Source: Auanema rhodensis (Eukaryota > Animalia > Nematoda). From it: a stretch of DNA of 64,000 bases. This document shows, piece after piece, positions 61,880-64,000 of the stretch (positions are counted from its first letter, which is position 1; the number at the start of each line of letters is the position of its first letter). Below the pieces are notes generated by a model that was not told the DNA's origin, made no database searches, and worked only from the letters and a program-made list of their open reading frames with translations. The stretch lies in NCBI GenBank assembly GCA_964057225.1, contig OZ059900.1, positions 12,586,001-12,650,000 on the forward strand. The letters are read 5' to 3'. The translations under genes and the position numbers were made by a program.

Positions 61880-64000
61880 CTCTTTAGCAGCAGTTTACTG
61901 CAATGCATGAAGCATCTCGTAAAATATTCTTTAATTGAATTATAGTTTTATTATATTCAACAAGATGAATATCTTCATCAAGTTCACAAATCAGTTGAAC
62001 AGACAACAGTTTTTCTGATTGAAAACATAGTTAATGGATTAAATAATTTAATTGACTGAAGAGTAATATGTTAGTTTAACCTATGTGGAGGAATTATCTA
62101 TGCAATTACTAATATTGTACTAGATATATGAACGCCCTCTCGAAACGAAATAAAACAATTTCAACAAACAACTGTCTCTTTGAGTAGCATTTTACTATAA
62201 AGAAAAGTGGAGTCTAAACACCTTATCGATCAATCTAAATGTTTTACTATATCTCGTTCATGTAAAAAACGGTAAAACTCTGAGAACTATCAGAGAACCG
62301 TTGGTTTTTTTTTAAGAGCAGCTCGTCTAGTTATTATTGGAGAGCGGTAATTTTCTTCTCGGCGGAGATGGGTGCTCTATACTTCTTAATCAGTTTCTCG
62401 AGCCCTTCTACGTCTATCAGTGCCATGCCACCAACCAAGTCAACGTACTTCAATAATTCAAGAGCAGGAATTTTTACAAATTTCTTCGACATAGAATTTT
62501 GTTTCCTGGCCATATCTGAAATGAGTAGAAATTAAGACAATCATGGCTCTACACCGGATTTGTACCAGTGAGTGTAGTTTGCCTCAGATTTGCAATCCTG
62601 GTACTACACCACTTGACTATTCCGGTGTTTTTTTTTCGGTTGTAAACAAATGCATTTGGCCATGACAGTAACAATGCAGATAGTTTTTAATTCACTTTAA
62701 GAATATGCCAGATCGTTCCATTTGGGTCGCCGCGGATTCTAAGTCACTGAACGCCCAAAAACATTACGAAAGAAAAGAGTATAGATTTATATAAAGAATA
62801 AATAGATTGTACTTTTATAGTGAAAAAAGGCAGAAAAGGATTTAGAATACAAAGGTTAATTAACTACAAGATTATAACTATAGTATAAATGATAAAGATA
62901 AACGAATGAACTGTTATGCTTTTAAAGCTCATGCTTATATACTATTACAACCTCTATTTTTTTAAACGCCTCTCTACTGACGTGCCCTTAGAGTATGCTT
63001 ATTTCTTATAATCGAGAAAAAATCGCGCTATGCGTTCTCTTTAGCAGCAGTTTACTGCAATGCATGAAGCATCTCGTAAAATATTCTTTAATTGAATTAT
63101 AGTTTTATTATATTCAACAAGATGAATATCTTCATCAAGTTCACAAATCAGTTGAACAGACAACAGTTTTTCTGATTGAAAACATAGTTAATGGATTAAA
63201 TAATTTAATTGACTGAAGAGTAATATGTTAGTTTAACCTATGTGGAGGAATTATCTATGCAATTACTAATATTGTACTAGATATATGAACGCCCTCTCGA
63301 AACGAAATGAAACAATTTCAACAAACAACTGTCTCTTTGAGTAGCATTTTACTATAAAGAAAAGTGGAGTCTAAACACCTTATCGATCAATCTAAATGTT
63401 TTACTATATCTCGTTCATGTAAAAAACGGTAAAACTCTGAGAACTCTCAGAGAACCTTTCGTTTTTTTGAAGAGCAGCTCGTCTAGTTATTAATTAATAT
63501 TAATTCACTTTAAGAATATGCCAGATCGTTCCATTTGGGTTGCCGCGGATTCTAAGTCACTGGACGCCCAAAAACATTACGAAAGAAAAGAGTATAGATT
63601 TATATAAAGAATAAATAGATTGTACTTTTATAGTGAAAAAAGGCAGAAAAGGATTTAGAATACAAAGGTTAATTAACTACAAGATTATAGTTATAGTATA
63701 AATGATAAAGATAAACGAATGAACTGTTATGCTTTTAAAGCTCATGCTTATATACTATTACAACCTCTATTTTTTTAAACGCCTCTCTACTGACGTGCCC
63801 TTAGAGTATGCTTATTTCTTATAATCGAGAAAAAATCGCGCTATGCGTTCTCTTTAGCAGCAGTTTACTGCAATGCATGAAGCATCTCGTAAAATATTCT
63901 TTAATTGAATTATAGTTTTATTATATTCAACAAGATGAATATCTTCATCAAGTTCACAAATCAGTTGAACAGACAACAGTTTTTCTGATTGAAAACATAG
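61880..64000. repeat. ~813-bp tandem repeat (first unit carries a ~345-bp insertion)
   Basis: CTCTTTAGCAGCAGTTTACTGC at 61880, 63037 and 63850. Confidence 0.93.
62542..62626 (-). ncRNA. Dispersed member of the tRNA-like family
   Basis: Minus strand CCGGAATAGTCAAGTGGTGTAGTACCAGGATTGCAAATCTGAGGCAAACTACACTCACTGGTACAAATCCGGT..., homologous to 37217-37300. Confidence 0.6.

Overview
Eukaryotic (nematode, probably rhabditid-like, judged from the rRNA sequences and TTTCAG-type splice sites) DNA at the edge of a 45S rDNA array that runs into transposon/virus-rich sequence. 1-21.3 kb: minus-strand rDNA units of ~6.57 kb. Two different R4-clade non-LTR retrotransposon families interrupt 28S at the same site. 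One copy (5849-11481) is bounded by a 12-bp target duplication and carries an HDV-like ribozyme, a possible -1 frameshift, an antisense ETS/18S fragment, a small spliced gene, and 3'UTR segments complementary to its own 28S target. 21.5-36.8 kb: BEL/Pao LTR retrotransposons, including one intact 2637-aa Gag-Pol-Env ORF with a phlebovirus-Gc-like env, rearranged by an inversion around a 5S gene. LTR ends sit 12-14 nt upstream of Pol III-type genes. 36.8-48.5 kb: a duplicated block with tRNA-like structured units, flanking a Gypsy-type element whose Gag is fused directly to a class III (gB/rhabdovirus-G-like) fusogen. 48.6-62 kb: decayed Polinton/Maverick genes (an intron-rich pPolB, major capsid protein, a second pPolB type). 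62-64 kb: an ~813-bp tandem repeat. All calls come from reading the sequence; no searches were run.
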